The notes beneath the pieces were generated by a model. It was not told the origin of the DNA and searched no databases. It worked only from the letters and a program-made list of their open reading frames with translations. A program made the position numbers and the translations under genes. A stretch of 62,636 bases of DNA, counting the filler, from Rhabdomonas costata (lineage: Eukaryota), in assembly GCA_019059605.1 (NCBI GenBank). It is 18 parts of 18 records of this genome, joined end to end, with 100 filler letters (N's around TTAATTAATTAA, not from the genome) between each part and the next. Parts side by side here need not be neighbours in the genome. Positions count along the whole stretch, not along the records: positions 1 to 3,390 come from JAHMHO010000910.1; positions 3,491 to 6,871 come from JAHMHO010000911.1; positions 6,972 to 10,356 come from JAHMHO010000912.1; positions 10,457 to 13,844 come from JAHMHO010000913.1; 14 more parts are not named here. The stretch is one strand, 5' to 3'. Positions 1 through 11,469 of the stretch are shown here, piece by piece (within the stretch, counting starts at the first letter, position 1; every line of letters starts with the position of its first letter).

Positions 1-2
1 TC

Positions 3-3000
3 TTCACCAGACCAGCTAGGCGTTCCGGCGAAGGTGCCTCAATTGTTGAGGACGGTGTGGCTCCCATTGTGCCCAGCACTGCGGCTGTGGAGAGGGAGTG
101 CAGGCTTCAGTATGGTTTTCCCTTCGTGAAGGTCTGGGGGCTGTCCAGGCACCGGTACTGCAGCGCAAGTTGGGAGGCCGACGCTCTTCAGTACATAGCA
201 GGACTAAGCTACCGAAGGAGAAACACTGCCAGTCGGGGGCTACATCGAGGCATGACAGACAAGTTTTTTTCGCCCCCGCCTGCCGAGGGACCCTCTGCCC
301 CAGAAGGCAACGGACCTGAGTTTGCTGAGGACCTCCCTCGGGTTCTGGGGGATATGTGGCCCGAAATCTGGGGGGAGGGGGCATACATATTTGTTTGTTC
401 CTGAAAGCTCATATTAATTACTTTCCAAATTAGACAATCACTCAAGAATTACGTTTAGGCTGAAGCGATACCGTACAGATAGTTGTTGTAGAGGTTGGTA
501 AGTGCAGTTGATTGAGGAAGTGGTTCATAGAGTTGATGATGGGCAGAACCCAAGGCAGCATTACGAGCTCTAGATTTCAGCAGAACATCGATCTCTGCGT
601 TTTAAACATGGGGGAGGGGGTTCATTCGCCCCTTTAGTGCCTGAACGATGTAAATGCTTATTAAATTCGCGGATGCGCACATTCGTGCGCACCTGTGCGT
701 TGGGGGAGGCACAGTTTGTTGTGGCCAAAGTTGTAGAGAGGAGAGAAGAGGAAGTAGGACAGCGAACACCCAATCATGCTCCAGCTGTGCCCGTGTGTGT
801 GTCGACAGAGTCTTGGGATTTCAATTCTTGTCTTGAGCAGCACCTTCCCTGCGAACCTGAGATGAGGGCCCCTCCTCTCCAGTACCGACACCTCCTCACG
901 AAGATCTGCTGGTCGCTGAGCAAGAGTACAGGCGGGGGGTAGATAGCGGTGCGCCCCCTGCGCGCCGCAGGAGTCCTGCTCTTGGAGCAGGGCATCGCCA
1001 GCTTCTCCAGATTGGACAGATTGGAAGTGATGCCTCAGACTCGCCTGGTGTCTCCCTTCTGCGAAATCAGGAGACCGCAAAAGACGCTGAAGCGGGGCTG
1101 GACGCTGCCCACGCTCTGAGCGAGGCGGGTTTCCTTGACGACATTGCGGAATCGGAGGAGGAGGAGAACGAGGAAAACGAAGGGGTCGTTTCGGGCACAC
1201 CCTATGGGGACCCATGGCAGAGCACGGCCGAGGCAGAGTTGGGGTCTCGAGCATTGTGCAACTCGAGCCTGCGCGGGGGAGCGTGGATGGACTGCTTCAT
1301 CAACCCCTGGGCCCACAACGAGGGCCAAGGAGTGCTGTGCCGGTACGCTCCTGTGCTTCAGCTTGTGTGAGTCTAGTGTTGGCGTACCCTTTCTCCTGTG
1401 ATACGGAGCTTGGACTTAGTGTTTTGTTCAGATTGACGGAGAGTCACGATATATGCATATTTTTCGCCTGGCGTTGCGTGTTTTGTGATGGCCTTGCCAT
1501 CGGACCGGTGGACTAGTCACCAGTGGTGCATAAATTCCGCCTCTCCGAAGGATTGACGAAAAGCGAAAAGACTCGTACTAAGGGATGTGGGCTTTGGAAG
1601 GGTCTGTTTTTTTTGAGTTGTTATTGAACAATCACCTAAAACTTGGGTACGATCAGAGATCAGGACCAAGGAAGTGTAGTTTTAATCGCTTTCCTGTGCG
1701 AATCTGTTTCGGTTGCTGAGGGCGTTTTCCTCTTTCACTGCGGTGGCTTCAAAAAAATAGTCCTTCCTTGTTTAGGGCGCACAACTTATACTACGACCCG
1801 AGCACCCGGAGGTTCACGCTGCCGTGCAACACCAGGCGCTCTGTGCCGCTGGAGATCCGTGACTTCCCGATGCTGATGTACCGCACAGGCCTGGTATGGG
1901 CACTTTTTACTCCCGTCATGGCACGTTTTAGTATCTGAAGGAAGGGGAAGGGGGACAGTCTGCATTCCAGTGCCCAGGTGTTTCTTTATTTAGGGGTACA
2001 CCTTCCGAGATCTAGTGGCGCTGGACTCTTCGTATACTCCGCCGAAGCGGTGCCTGGCGGTGCCGCGAACTACCTTCGTGGTCACTCGTGATGGCTCGGA
2101 GAATCCGTTCCACGTGATCGCCCACCTCTTCGCGCTGTTCGTGACCCGCCGGTGGGGCGCACGTCGGGAAGGAAGGGATTAAAAGTGTCTTTCTCTTATT
2201 TACATGAATTTGAATTGCAGCTTACCCCGAGGTAAATTGCGGTGTGCGGCCAGCGCACAACTGCTGCCCACACTCTTGCGAAGCCTATTGCCCTCAAAGG
2301 CGGTTGGCGCGTCTGTCCTTCCTTTGGTTTCTTCTTGCAGAGCTCTTCGCTTCCCAGACAGGGACACGAACTGCAGTGTGCTGGCCCTGGACCGCCACTC
2401 ATTGGGGCCGTTTTGGCCGTTGTGGGCTTCATTCTGCTCGGGTAGTCCATCTCCCCTTTTCCCCGTGTGGACGTTTGCCATCACCGTCACGGGCATTCCG
2501 TTCTTCTAGAGCAGCCTTCTTGGATTTTCGAATGAACCCTTGCGGCTTGCGGTGACCCTCTCCATAATAACGGCTGCTCAGCTGCAGTGACCTTTCCACG
2601 CATCACTGACTCACGTCATGTTGGTCTCACGCTTATGGTATGTTTTATTTTAAGGTCCCAACTATCGCATCTCGGATTTCCGCCGGCGCCACGGCAGCGC
2701 CACCGCGACTGGATTCCAGGATGTCGTGTTCGTTGCCGACGCCGGGACCACTCCGTGGTGGAGGGGGGACTGGGCCCCACACGGGTGCCTGCGCTCACCG
2801 CTGTTCCGCTCCTTCGCCCAAAGGTCTGTCCACCGCCCACCTCCTCTTCATCCCGCAAGAGAAACGTGCTCCAGCAGAGTGTGCCAATGTGACCAACCGT
2901 CGAGTGAACCTTTGAGAGGAAGCACTACCGCTGAGCACGGTGTACGTACCTTCCCTGGACCCGTGTCTTATTATAGGGTGACCTCCAGCTGCAGCTTAGC

Positions 3001-3123
3001 GGACAGGTCTACTCCCGAGGGGCCTCGAGTTGCCTTTATTCGCCGGCGGGGGGCTCGGGAGCTGCTGGGCAGCGCGGAGGGATGGTTGGTGGAAGAATGC
3101 AACCGATTGGGAGTGGATTTGAG
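3..3123 (+). CDS. Glycosyltransferase family 61 (EOGT/DUF563-like) protein, spliced, partial at both ends
   Basis: In-frame GT-AG-joined exons 883-1342, 1776-1893, 1994-2151, 2341-2441, 2655-2823 and 2977-3123. They read ...LCRAHNLYYD...FTLPC...FVVTRDGSENPFHVIAHLFALFVTRR...VLALDRHSLGPFWPLWASF...RSPLFRSFAQR...PRVAFIRRRGARELLG. The N-x-FH, D-x-H-x-x-GPF-x-x-LW and R-x-x-x-R motifs resemble GT61. An upstream exon at about 3-380 (CRLQYGFPFVKVW...RYC) is probable, but its junction is unresolved. Confidence 0.6.
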
Positions 3124-3390
3124 GTTTTTGTTCACACACACACTCTCTCTCTCGGCACCGTTCGCTCCAACGGTACCTCTCGCGAGCACCCGTGGCCGAA
3201 CCAGCGCGTGCGCCTGTCAGTCCACAGTGGTCACAACCAAGCAACTAGTCAACCAGGCAACAGCAGCGCGCAATGCGCCGAACACACACTCTCTTTTCTG
3301 GCCACCCAAGCGGCCGCTCCGGTGTTAGAGTCCCCTTATAGCACCAGCTGTACCAGTCACACGGTGGAACAATTCACCAAACACACAAAC

Positions 3391-3490
3391 NNNNNNNNNN
3401 NNNNNNNNNNNNNNNNNNNNNNNNNNNNNNNNNNTTAATTAATTAANNNNNNNNNNNNNNNNNNNNNNNNNNNNNNNNNNNNNNNNNNNN
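3391..3490. other. Artificial contig-joining spacer (first of 17)
   Basis: N44-TTAATTAATTAA-N44, with stops in all six frames. Identical spacers start at 6872, 10357, 13845, 17334, 20821, 24305, 27789, 31270, 34750, 38229, 41709, 45186, 48665, 52145, 55675 and 59160. Confidence 0.99.
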
Positions 3491-3498
3491 GGTGGTGG

Positions 3499-3600
3499 TT
3501 CCAGTTGAATGCATGGTATCAAGACAACAGATTGACAAAAAAGTATACCAAAACTCCATTTTGTCAATCTGTTGTCTTGATACCATGCATTCAACTGGAA
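3499..3600. repeat. Perfect 42-bp inverted repeat at contig start (probable amplification fold-back)
   Basis: 3499-3540 is the reverse complement of 3559-3600, with an 18-nt loop. Confidence 0.9.
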
Positions 3601-4022
3601 GCACCAGCAACTGATCCTCTTCCTCCAACTCAGGAGCAAGAGGCAGCGCTTGAAAACATAGCGCTTGAAAACGAACTTGTAATGCAGATAGGTGCGCCCG
3701 TCAAGTACTTGTCTGTTTACCGCGTTTCACTCCGCTTTCCTCGCAATGCTCATCTTTCGCGATTCGTCGTATTGAGTATCTGACTCCTGCCACTCCTATG
3801 CAGCTTCCGCTGATGCCTCCAACTAATTTGTCACTGCTCAGCAACATCTGAAAACAACCAACTCCATCTGACTAACGACACTTCCACAGCGACACCGGAG
3901 TGATGATGGGAACGATAGGTATCTGATTCACAGAATTGCACGAGACCGGATCAGGAAAAGACGAGCGTGAGGTTGTGCATGAGAGGATGGGAGTGGGGTG
4001 GGGCCGTGGTGAGAGCACGCAC

Positions 4023-4815
4023 TTGCGCAACAGTCACTGGCGGTGCACGTGGAGGAGCTGCACACGGTAGTCGAAACCTTTGCCGTGCAGTCCGCAGGGC
4101 AGGAGAAGCTGCCACAGTAGGCTGCACCCCAAAGGAACAAAATATTGGGCAAAGCCTAATCTCAACTCAGGGATATAGAAGCAGGACCCTTTGAGTGTGA
4201 TAATGGTAGACTCTTTTTCGAGCCCACGCGACACGTCACGTGGGGCCCAAGCTAAGGTAGTTAGTTATTCATGACAAACAAGGGCGCTTCTATCTACCAA
4301 CAACAATCAAGAGCTAAGCCTGCAATGGGAATCGAGCTCGGAATTCGGGAAGCGGCAACAATGCGCGTGAGAACCGTGCTCCTCAACCAGCAGGTTTGCG
4401 CTAGGGACATGTAACTTGCTTTCAACTTCTTTGACGTGATTCAAAGTATCCTTTAGATTCCGTATGATGACTGATGAAAATGCAACTCACGCTCTTAGAC
4501 CGTTTAACGTCGTTACACCGTTTAACTCTCCAATGTATCGGACCATTGATTTTTAATAATAATGGATCTAAAAGAGAATTTACAGCCTTTGCCAACGGAC
4601 CCAGGGTATGCACACACACGTAGGCTATGCATGAGTTGAAGCCCCCCACAATGTCCCAATTTCACGTTCTATATCTAACTTCTGCTGAGACGTCAGCCGA
4701 TGCCAATGGGCTTCGGAACGCTACCTACCCTCGTTTGAGACAAACGGCCGCTCATACTTTGTGCAGAGATAACAGGCAGCAACGCTGCTGCGGACAGACT
4801 CCACACAATCCCCAT
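4023..4815 (-). CDS. Secreted Cys-rich protein, first two exons
   Basis: Exon 4815-4758 encodes MGIVWSLSAAALLPVISAQ (signal-peptide-like, donor gtatga). It joins in phase 1 to exon 4121-4023, TYCGSFSCPADCTAKVSTTVCSSSTCTASDCCA (acceptor tgcag, donor gtgcgt). Confidence 0.55.
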
Positions 4816-7406
4816 GGTACCCGCTGAAGTAAAAAACATTCGTCAATCTAAAAAGCAAGAAAAAAGCACGGAAAAAACGGCGCTGTAGGAAACAAAGAGA
4901 AAGAGACAAAGAGAAACAAAGAGATCTGGAACCGGGAGAAGAGCAACAAAGTTTCGCACACAAGGTGACATCATTGCCAACGTGTAGCTTTCATCGTGAA
5001 AACATGTCAGAAGTGGACAACGTTGTTACAGGGAAAACACAAATTTGCTCAGCTTGAATAGGATCTCTGCTAGTTAAATGTGAGCCAAATTTCGAGTGGG
5101 GATGGTGCTAGGCTGACAAGGCGAAACCTTGTAAATCACCACAGCGAGTTACGAAACACTAATTGACGCCTCACCCTGCCCTCCGTCCGCGTACCTCGCG
5201 CGCAGCAGTCTACCAAAAACAGAAACCCAAAACGGCAAATAAATGGTCCTCAAACGCTGGCCGAAAAACCCAGGCACTGCGCCAGCTCTAATTCTGCAAA
5301 CTCCGCGCTTTCTCTCTTCTGGAACGTTGTAACCCCAGCAGAACGAGCCCTGAATGCTTCACCACTGTATGCAGCCAAAGTCAGGGTCAAAGTCCTGTCC
5401 TAGAAGCGTTGCTCCATTCGTGTTCACTTTTCTCGTGGCAGCTCCCGCCCTCCCTGCCAGCTGGATTAGATTTCCCGTCCCATTGCAATTCGTAAGCAAT
5501 GTGAGCCACGGGACATCAGCAGAGGGACCTCGGTCCAAACTGTAGTGAGCTTTGGAGGGTGGATGACGGAGTAGACAAGAAAGGGAGAGGGTGGGGAGGG
5601 GGTTGTGGGGGTGCCTTCTCTCTCTTCTCTCAGCGGTCTCCCCTGCTTCCCAAGAGTATGTGTGTGCGGGGTCACGAGACACATCTTATAACAACGTGCA
5701 AGGAAAATCCGAGAAGCACGAAAGTGTCTCACTTTCCCGCCTTCCCTTTCTCTCCCAAAGACCTGCGAGGGCATGACCAACAGCCAGGAGAATGAAGAAA
5801 GGGTGAGGGGCAGGGACCTACAGAGGATTTTGGAGGCAGGACAAAAACGAGGTGTAAACGTAGATGCCCAATCTATTGTAAGTGGAATGCCGATACACGA
5901 CCCCACGGTATGAAAAGATTGTCCCAAGGATGAAGGAGAAGTCACTCCACGGCCGGTGCAGGGACAAGGCACCATCTGGAAAATGGGAGTGGGAAAAAGG
6001 CGGCGCACATGGATCCTCTGCGTCCTCACCTTTCAAGTGGAGGTACACAAGGGATGGGGGCGAGAAAAACATGGCACAAAAACGTAGGAGAGAAGATATA
6101 GAAAACCAATATCTGAAAGGGAGCAAGAACACCAGGCCACACAGGGCCTGCCGAAGAGCCAACCGCGTCTCCAGCCAACTCCACAAGCCTCAAAGGGTGA
6201 CCTTTCGGTCCACCTCAACCTTCTGACGGGCTCTCTCCCTCGTGCACTAACCCACACGTATACCTGGCGCAAGCCATTGAAGGTGCGCCACACCACACAC
6301 CACACACACGACATGTGTGTGTGCTGGGAAGGAGCCTCGAGAAACGAAAAGGCACACACGTACCAAGTAGGCCACTATACAGGCCAAACACAAGCACAAA
6401 CATTCACACACCAACTGTACTGTCGAACCTTTTCCACTCACCTTCTTCAAAGTGCCGAGTACATACAAGAGGATGGTCGGGAGGTACGGAGAAGGTAATA
6501 GAAACCAGTCCCTCCAACTGCCGCCACTGATAATGGCCGCAGAAGAATCCGACCGGGAGGAAGTGCATGTCTAGGAAGGGGGCAAGAGAGGAGGAAATAG
6601 AGAGGAGGAGGCACTGTAGTTGCTGCCTGCAAAAAGAGGGGGCCTAGAAGTCATCGGAAAAGATGTCTCCTTGTGGCACGTCTACGCTTCGTCCCGTTCG
6701 CGTCCTCACCTTCCCAAAGGAGGCACGCGCGCAGGAAAAAGAACGCGTGACACTCACCATGTCTGCGCGAACAGCACAACAAAGTGAAAACCGAAAATAG
6801 ATGAGTCTGAGGAAGTCCTCATTCTCGGAACCCATTCCGTGAGAAGTGATGCGCTCGCTGGTGGGTCAAAGNNNNNNNNNNNNNNNNNNNNNNNNNNNNN
6901 NNNNNNNNNNNNNNNTTAATTAATTAANNNNNNNNNNNNNNNNNNNNNNNNNNNNNNNNNNNNNNNNNNNNGTTGTTGTGTCCATTTCTTGGCTGTTTCC
7001 TTGTGCCTGTTGACCTTTCACGAATGCCTCGAATATTTGGGATCCGGCAGTTGAAGGGCACGGAGGACAGTGACAAATTGCCTTGCTTCGTTTATACTCT
7101 CCCTGATCTGGAGCGTCCGGTCTCACCACTGCCATACTTTCGGGACAGAAATCTGGTCGTAGTTGGGTGTAGGAAGAATCAGGGACTGCAGCTCGGGATA
7201 CTTTGACTTCTGCCGCCACAGCGTTTATTTATGGTAACCTCGGACGCCTGGTATTTTATGCGATTCTCCCGATGCGTGCACCCTCTCCCCTCTTCTCCGG
7301 CTGTGCACATAGCCGGAGTAGAGGGGGGGGGGCACAAGCCGGAGTATAACCTTGAATCCGTACTTATGCGCCTTTTTCCGTTGCGGAATGTCTTGCTTGT
7401 GAAAAG

Positions 7407-8833
7407 GACCGTTTTTCTTCTGTGTTTTGGTCGGTGCGGTTTGGAACATTGGTGCTATCTGGAACCTTTGGCTTTGATTCCATGGCGTTTTACTTCTGGA
7501 TGGGGTTCATTCACCGCGGCACCGAGCCCGTCTCCCTGGATCAGACCATGCGGCAGTACGAGGAAATTGAGCGGAAACACCGTCAAGAAGTCCGAGATGC
7601 CACTGACCCCTTCACCCCAGTCCTGCCTGGGGGGCGGTTCTCTCTCGTGGGCACCGACGGGCGTCCTGTGACCTCTGCCTCACTGATGGGGCGATGGCTG
7701 CTGCTGTACTTTGGATTCACACGCTGCCCAGCGGCCTGCACAGCGGAGGTGGCCGGGATGGCAGAGGTTGTGGGTGAGGTGGACCAGCACCTCGGCCAGC
7801 AGAAGGTGGTGCAGCCTGTGTTTATTTCTGTGGACCCAAAACGGGACAGTTGTGCGAGGATAAAGACCTTTATGGAGGAGTATTGTCCGAAGGGCTTGGG
7901 GCTGACCGGGACCCCGGAGCAGGTTGCCGTTTGATTGTCTTTATCCGCGCTTTTGCAGTGTAAAAAAACACGGCCACACATAGTTGAGTAAATCCCGAAT
8001 TCGCCCCCTTCTCGGAGATGAAGAGCGCGAGGTCAAGACGTCATCTTGGCTTGTGTTATAAGTTTCATGGGTACCAGATGTCAGTCCTTCTTGTCCGCAA
8101 GCCATCCAGCATTTCAAAAATTGGTGCGATGGAACTTTGAGCTTTTGAGGCATGGGGACGTATTAACGATTTACTGACCGGCTGTGGTTGTCACCGCATT
8201 GATCTATCTCGAGTGCTTTAATGACTTTCCGTGACCACATTGCAGTCTAATCGGGTGAGCTTACAAAGCTGGATTTTTCTTCCATTCTCATACTCGAACG
8301 TTGGTAGAATGTTTTAGTCGGCTATTGTTTCACAATCTGCACGTTCGACCAATGGCGAGCTTACCAGTAATCTGCAGTGCTTTCTGTGAGGAGTCCAAGT
8401 CGACAAAATTGCTGTGTCACGTTCTCCACGTCTATGCCTGTCTTGTGTGTGCTCGAATTCACACCTGGGGTTTTCTCTCCTGCAGGTCCGAGCGGTTTCG
8501 AAAGGCTTTCGAGTGTACTACTCTAATCCAGACATTCACTTCTCAGAGGTGCTGTTTTTGTTTGCATAGTGCAGGGTGAATAAGTGGGTATGCTTGGTAT
8601 TTGTTCATTTGTTGGTTTGGAACGGCAACCAGTGGGATTTCTATCGCACCATTTTTTCTGTTGTCATGTCGCAGAATGACTACGTCCTTGACCACTCCAA
8701 CTGCAGCTACTTGGTCGATCCGGAGGGCCGATTTGCTGCCGTATACCCGTCAGACTACCCTCACTCCGAAAAAGTGGTTGGGATTGCTCGGCAGATTGAG
8801 CTGTGGAAGCAGAAGGCTGGCGCTCTCCCTTGA
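7407..8833 (+). CDS. SCO1: SCO1/SenC family copper chaperone for cytochrome c oxidase
   Basis: Exons at about 7407-7922, 8486-8548 and 8675-8833, joined GT-AG. Motifs: GGRFSLVGTDG, LLYFGFTRCPAAC (CxxxC), VFISVDPKRD, GLTGTPEQV, FRVYYS, DYVLDHS..YLVDPEG. Stop is TGA at 8831-8833. The true start is uncertain. Confidence 0.92.
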
Positions 8834-9252
8834 GCAGCCCCCGGCAGACTCTCGAGTCTTAGCAGAAAGCCGTGTTGAAGCGTTGTTTCAAGATTCGATT
8901 GGCACTGTGTGAGAAATTCTTTTGATGTTGTCAGTTGTCGAATGCAACTTTGATGAATGTACCGCATTTCCGTTCCTATTTCAAGCACGTTGAGTGTCTC
9001 TCTGTCGGAGGATTGTCTGGTGGTCCCACTTCCCTCGAGACCCGACGACTTCGGGTGACTGGCCTTTCCCCTTTCTGCAATCATTCCCTCCCGTTGGCAT
9101 CTGTCCGAACACGAAGTTTTACCAGCCACCACTCTGGATTGTCAGCCCCTCTTTGCAAAAAAAAAATCCGTCGTATTTCGCCCGTGGTGATGGGTGCCGT
9201 CTCCATTTGTTGCATTGCAGTACTGAACTCCTTCAATGCAGACCTTATTGCT

Positions 9253-10356
9253 ATGTTTAAGCCGTGGGTGTTTCAACGCTCTGCGCGCCGGGGCGTTTCC
9301 GTGGCTCTTCTGGTGCCCAGTGGAGTTGTGCGCAAGGGCTATGCAACGGGAGATGGGCCCAAAAAGCACGACCTCTCGGCGCTGTGGGAGCAGCACTGCA
9401 AATATGAGTTTGACTCCCGCGACGTGGACGCCACCATGGCCACGATGGTGCCAGACTCGTACGTGAATCACATCCCGACGATGACTGGCGGCACTGGTTT
9501 GCACTTGTTGTTTTTGGAAGGACCCGTTGCAGCGTTTCCAGCGTACTAGGTGTGTGTGCGAGTGCACGTTTTCCACAGGTCTGCAAATTTCATTGTGTAA
9601 GATGTTGAACCCCTCATCGGGCATGTATAAATTAGCGCCATAAATTGTCGCTTTGTGTTCACTGCCTTCGCCGCATTTGGAAATACGCATGCACTCCAAC
9701 TCATTTTGCATTCAACTGCGTGCTCTGCCGCGCAGGCCACAATCTTCTGAAACGGTTCTACAAGTACCACTTTATTGGGCAGAATCCCGCGGACACGGAG
9801 CTGAGGCCCGTGAGCCGCACGGTGGGCGAGAACTCTGTGGTGGAGGAGCTGCTGTTCTGCTTCACCCACGACAAGGTATGGGGTTTGGTGTCCATCGGAA
9901 CGGGGTCTACTGCCAGGAGATAAGTGCTTGGTTTCTGTTAGCAGGGTCCCCTTTTATTCTGAACTGCTTGATTCGCCTTTCTCACTGGTTTTTATCAGGG
10001 GTGTGTTGTTGTGTTTAGTACTCTGTGGATATGTGGATTTTTATGTTTGCTTCGTTTTCTTCGGCTCGAGTTCTTGCCGAGTTAGTGGTCATTTGTTGAC
10101 AAAACAGCGTGATGGGCCTCATTTGTGTTCACCGGATACAAAAAACACTGTCTTGTTGCGATCCCCGTTTATGGGACTCTGTCCATGCGGATAGGAGATT
10201 GACTGGATGCTTCCTGGAGTTCCGCCCACGGGGAAGAGGGTGGAGATCCCTCTGGTGGCCGTGGTGCAGTTTCGGGATGGCAAGCTGTACAACGAGCACA
10301 TCTACTGGGACCAGGCCTCTGTTTTGGTGCAGATCGGGAAGCTCGACCCCACCCCC
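9253..10356 (+). CDS. SnoaL-like / ester cyclase (NTF2-fold) protein with possible mitochondrial transit peptide, 3' partial
   Basis: Exons 9253-9496, 9736-9875 and 10195-10356 read LWEQHCKYEFDSRDVDATMATMV...YVNHIPTMTGG...RFYKYHFI...VSRTVG...FTHDKEIDWMLPGVPPTGKRVEIPLVAVVQFRDGKLYNEHIYWDQASVLVQIG. The N-terminus is Arg-rich and lacks acidic residues. Confidence 0.88.
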
Positions 10357-10837
10357 NNNNNNNNNNNNNNNNNNNNNNNNNNNNNNNNNNNNNNNNNNNN
10401 TTAATTAATTAANNNNNNNNNNNNNNNNNNNNNNNNNNNNNNNNNNNNNNNNNNNNTTTTGGGGTTGAGCCATAGTTGATACACCCATAGAACTATCACG
10501 ACGCTTGATAATAAGCGTTCCAAATTTGGCACAAATCGTACATGAATGTGAGAGAATGAAGGCAGTAGGCGCTCTATTAGGTCTTTACCAAAGAAAGGGT
10601 CTCTGTGGTTTGTGGTAAATCAAATCCATGTCAGCGAATGATTATCTGTGCCAAATATGGACCGCTTATTATCAAGCGTCGTGATAGTTCTATGGGTGTA
10701 TCAACTATGGCTCAACTCTAAAAGTGTACCAGAATTCCAACAAAAGATTTGCAGGGGGTTAGAGGGCGATGCACGCGCTGTTTCTTGTCATTCACAGCTG
10801 TGTCTTATAATGGCGAAGGCTAAAAAATGGACAATCG

Positions 10838-10855
10838 TTAGGGTTAGGGTTAGGG
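10838..10855 (+). repeat. Short interstitial telomere-type repeat (TTAGGG)3
   Basis: Three exact TTAGGG units, with partial units on either side. Confidence 0.75.
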
Positions 10856-10953
10856 TTGAGCTGGTTGTCCTCAGGGACTTCAGAAAATGGCACTCTGTGA
10901 AAGATAGAAGGCGAAATGGGCCAGCATCAGCTGCAGAGGTACTCCCTTTCGAT

Positions 10954-11187
10954 TCTCAGTATATCTATGGTTACTGGGGCTCATTCAAGAACTCCATGAG
11001 AGGCATGAAGTCTCTCCGTCGCGAAGACCAGCCCTTTCACTTGGCGGAGTTCGCTTGGAGGCACAATGCAAGCATCCTCAACCCCTCGATGAGCCTTTTC
11101 GAACAGACTTTGACTCCTCTGGGCTTGTACAGTGAGGACAAAACTCTTCTGGACAATCTCTCTTCCCTCTCCCTCAATGACATTTAG
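10954..11187 (+). mobile_element. Merlin/ISXO2 (IS1595-like) DDE transposase C-terminal relic
   Basis: SQYIYGYWGSFKNSMRGMKSLRREDQPFHLAEFAWRHN follows the family pattern T(N/Q)xIExxWxxxK...YLxEFxWRxN. The catalytic E appears to be replaced by Y. Confidence 0.6.
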
Positions 11188-11469
11188 ATCCCAGCGGCTT
11201 TTCCTTCTGTGGTATACTTTTGGAGTTGTGCCCAAGGAATATACATGTGAATTCCGCACTGATTATTCTGGGTCACAAATGTGAATGCATGAGGAAGTTC
11301 TCAGTAGAAGTCATTACGGCGATGTCCAGAATCGCCGAACCGTCAAGGCCCAGTGCACCATCGCAAGTGGGCTTTCAATCCAGTGTAAATAACTTACAAA
11401 GGAAAAGTTCTGTATCACAGATATCAGAGAAATCCGAACTACGAGGTACGGCCGCGGCTTGTGCTGGGG

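Noticed and set aside
661-1254. Long ORFs in the supplied track such as 661-1254(-), 7583-7981(-) and 53747-54307(-)
   Set aside because: They are antisense or off-frame shadows of GC-rich exons on the other strand and show no recognisable motifs.
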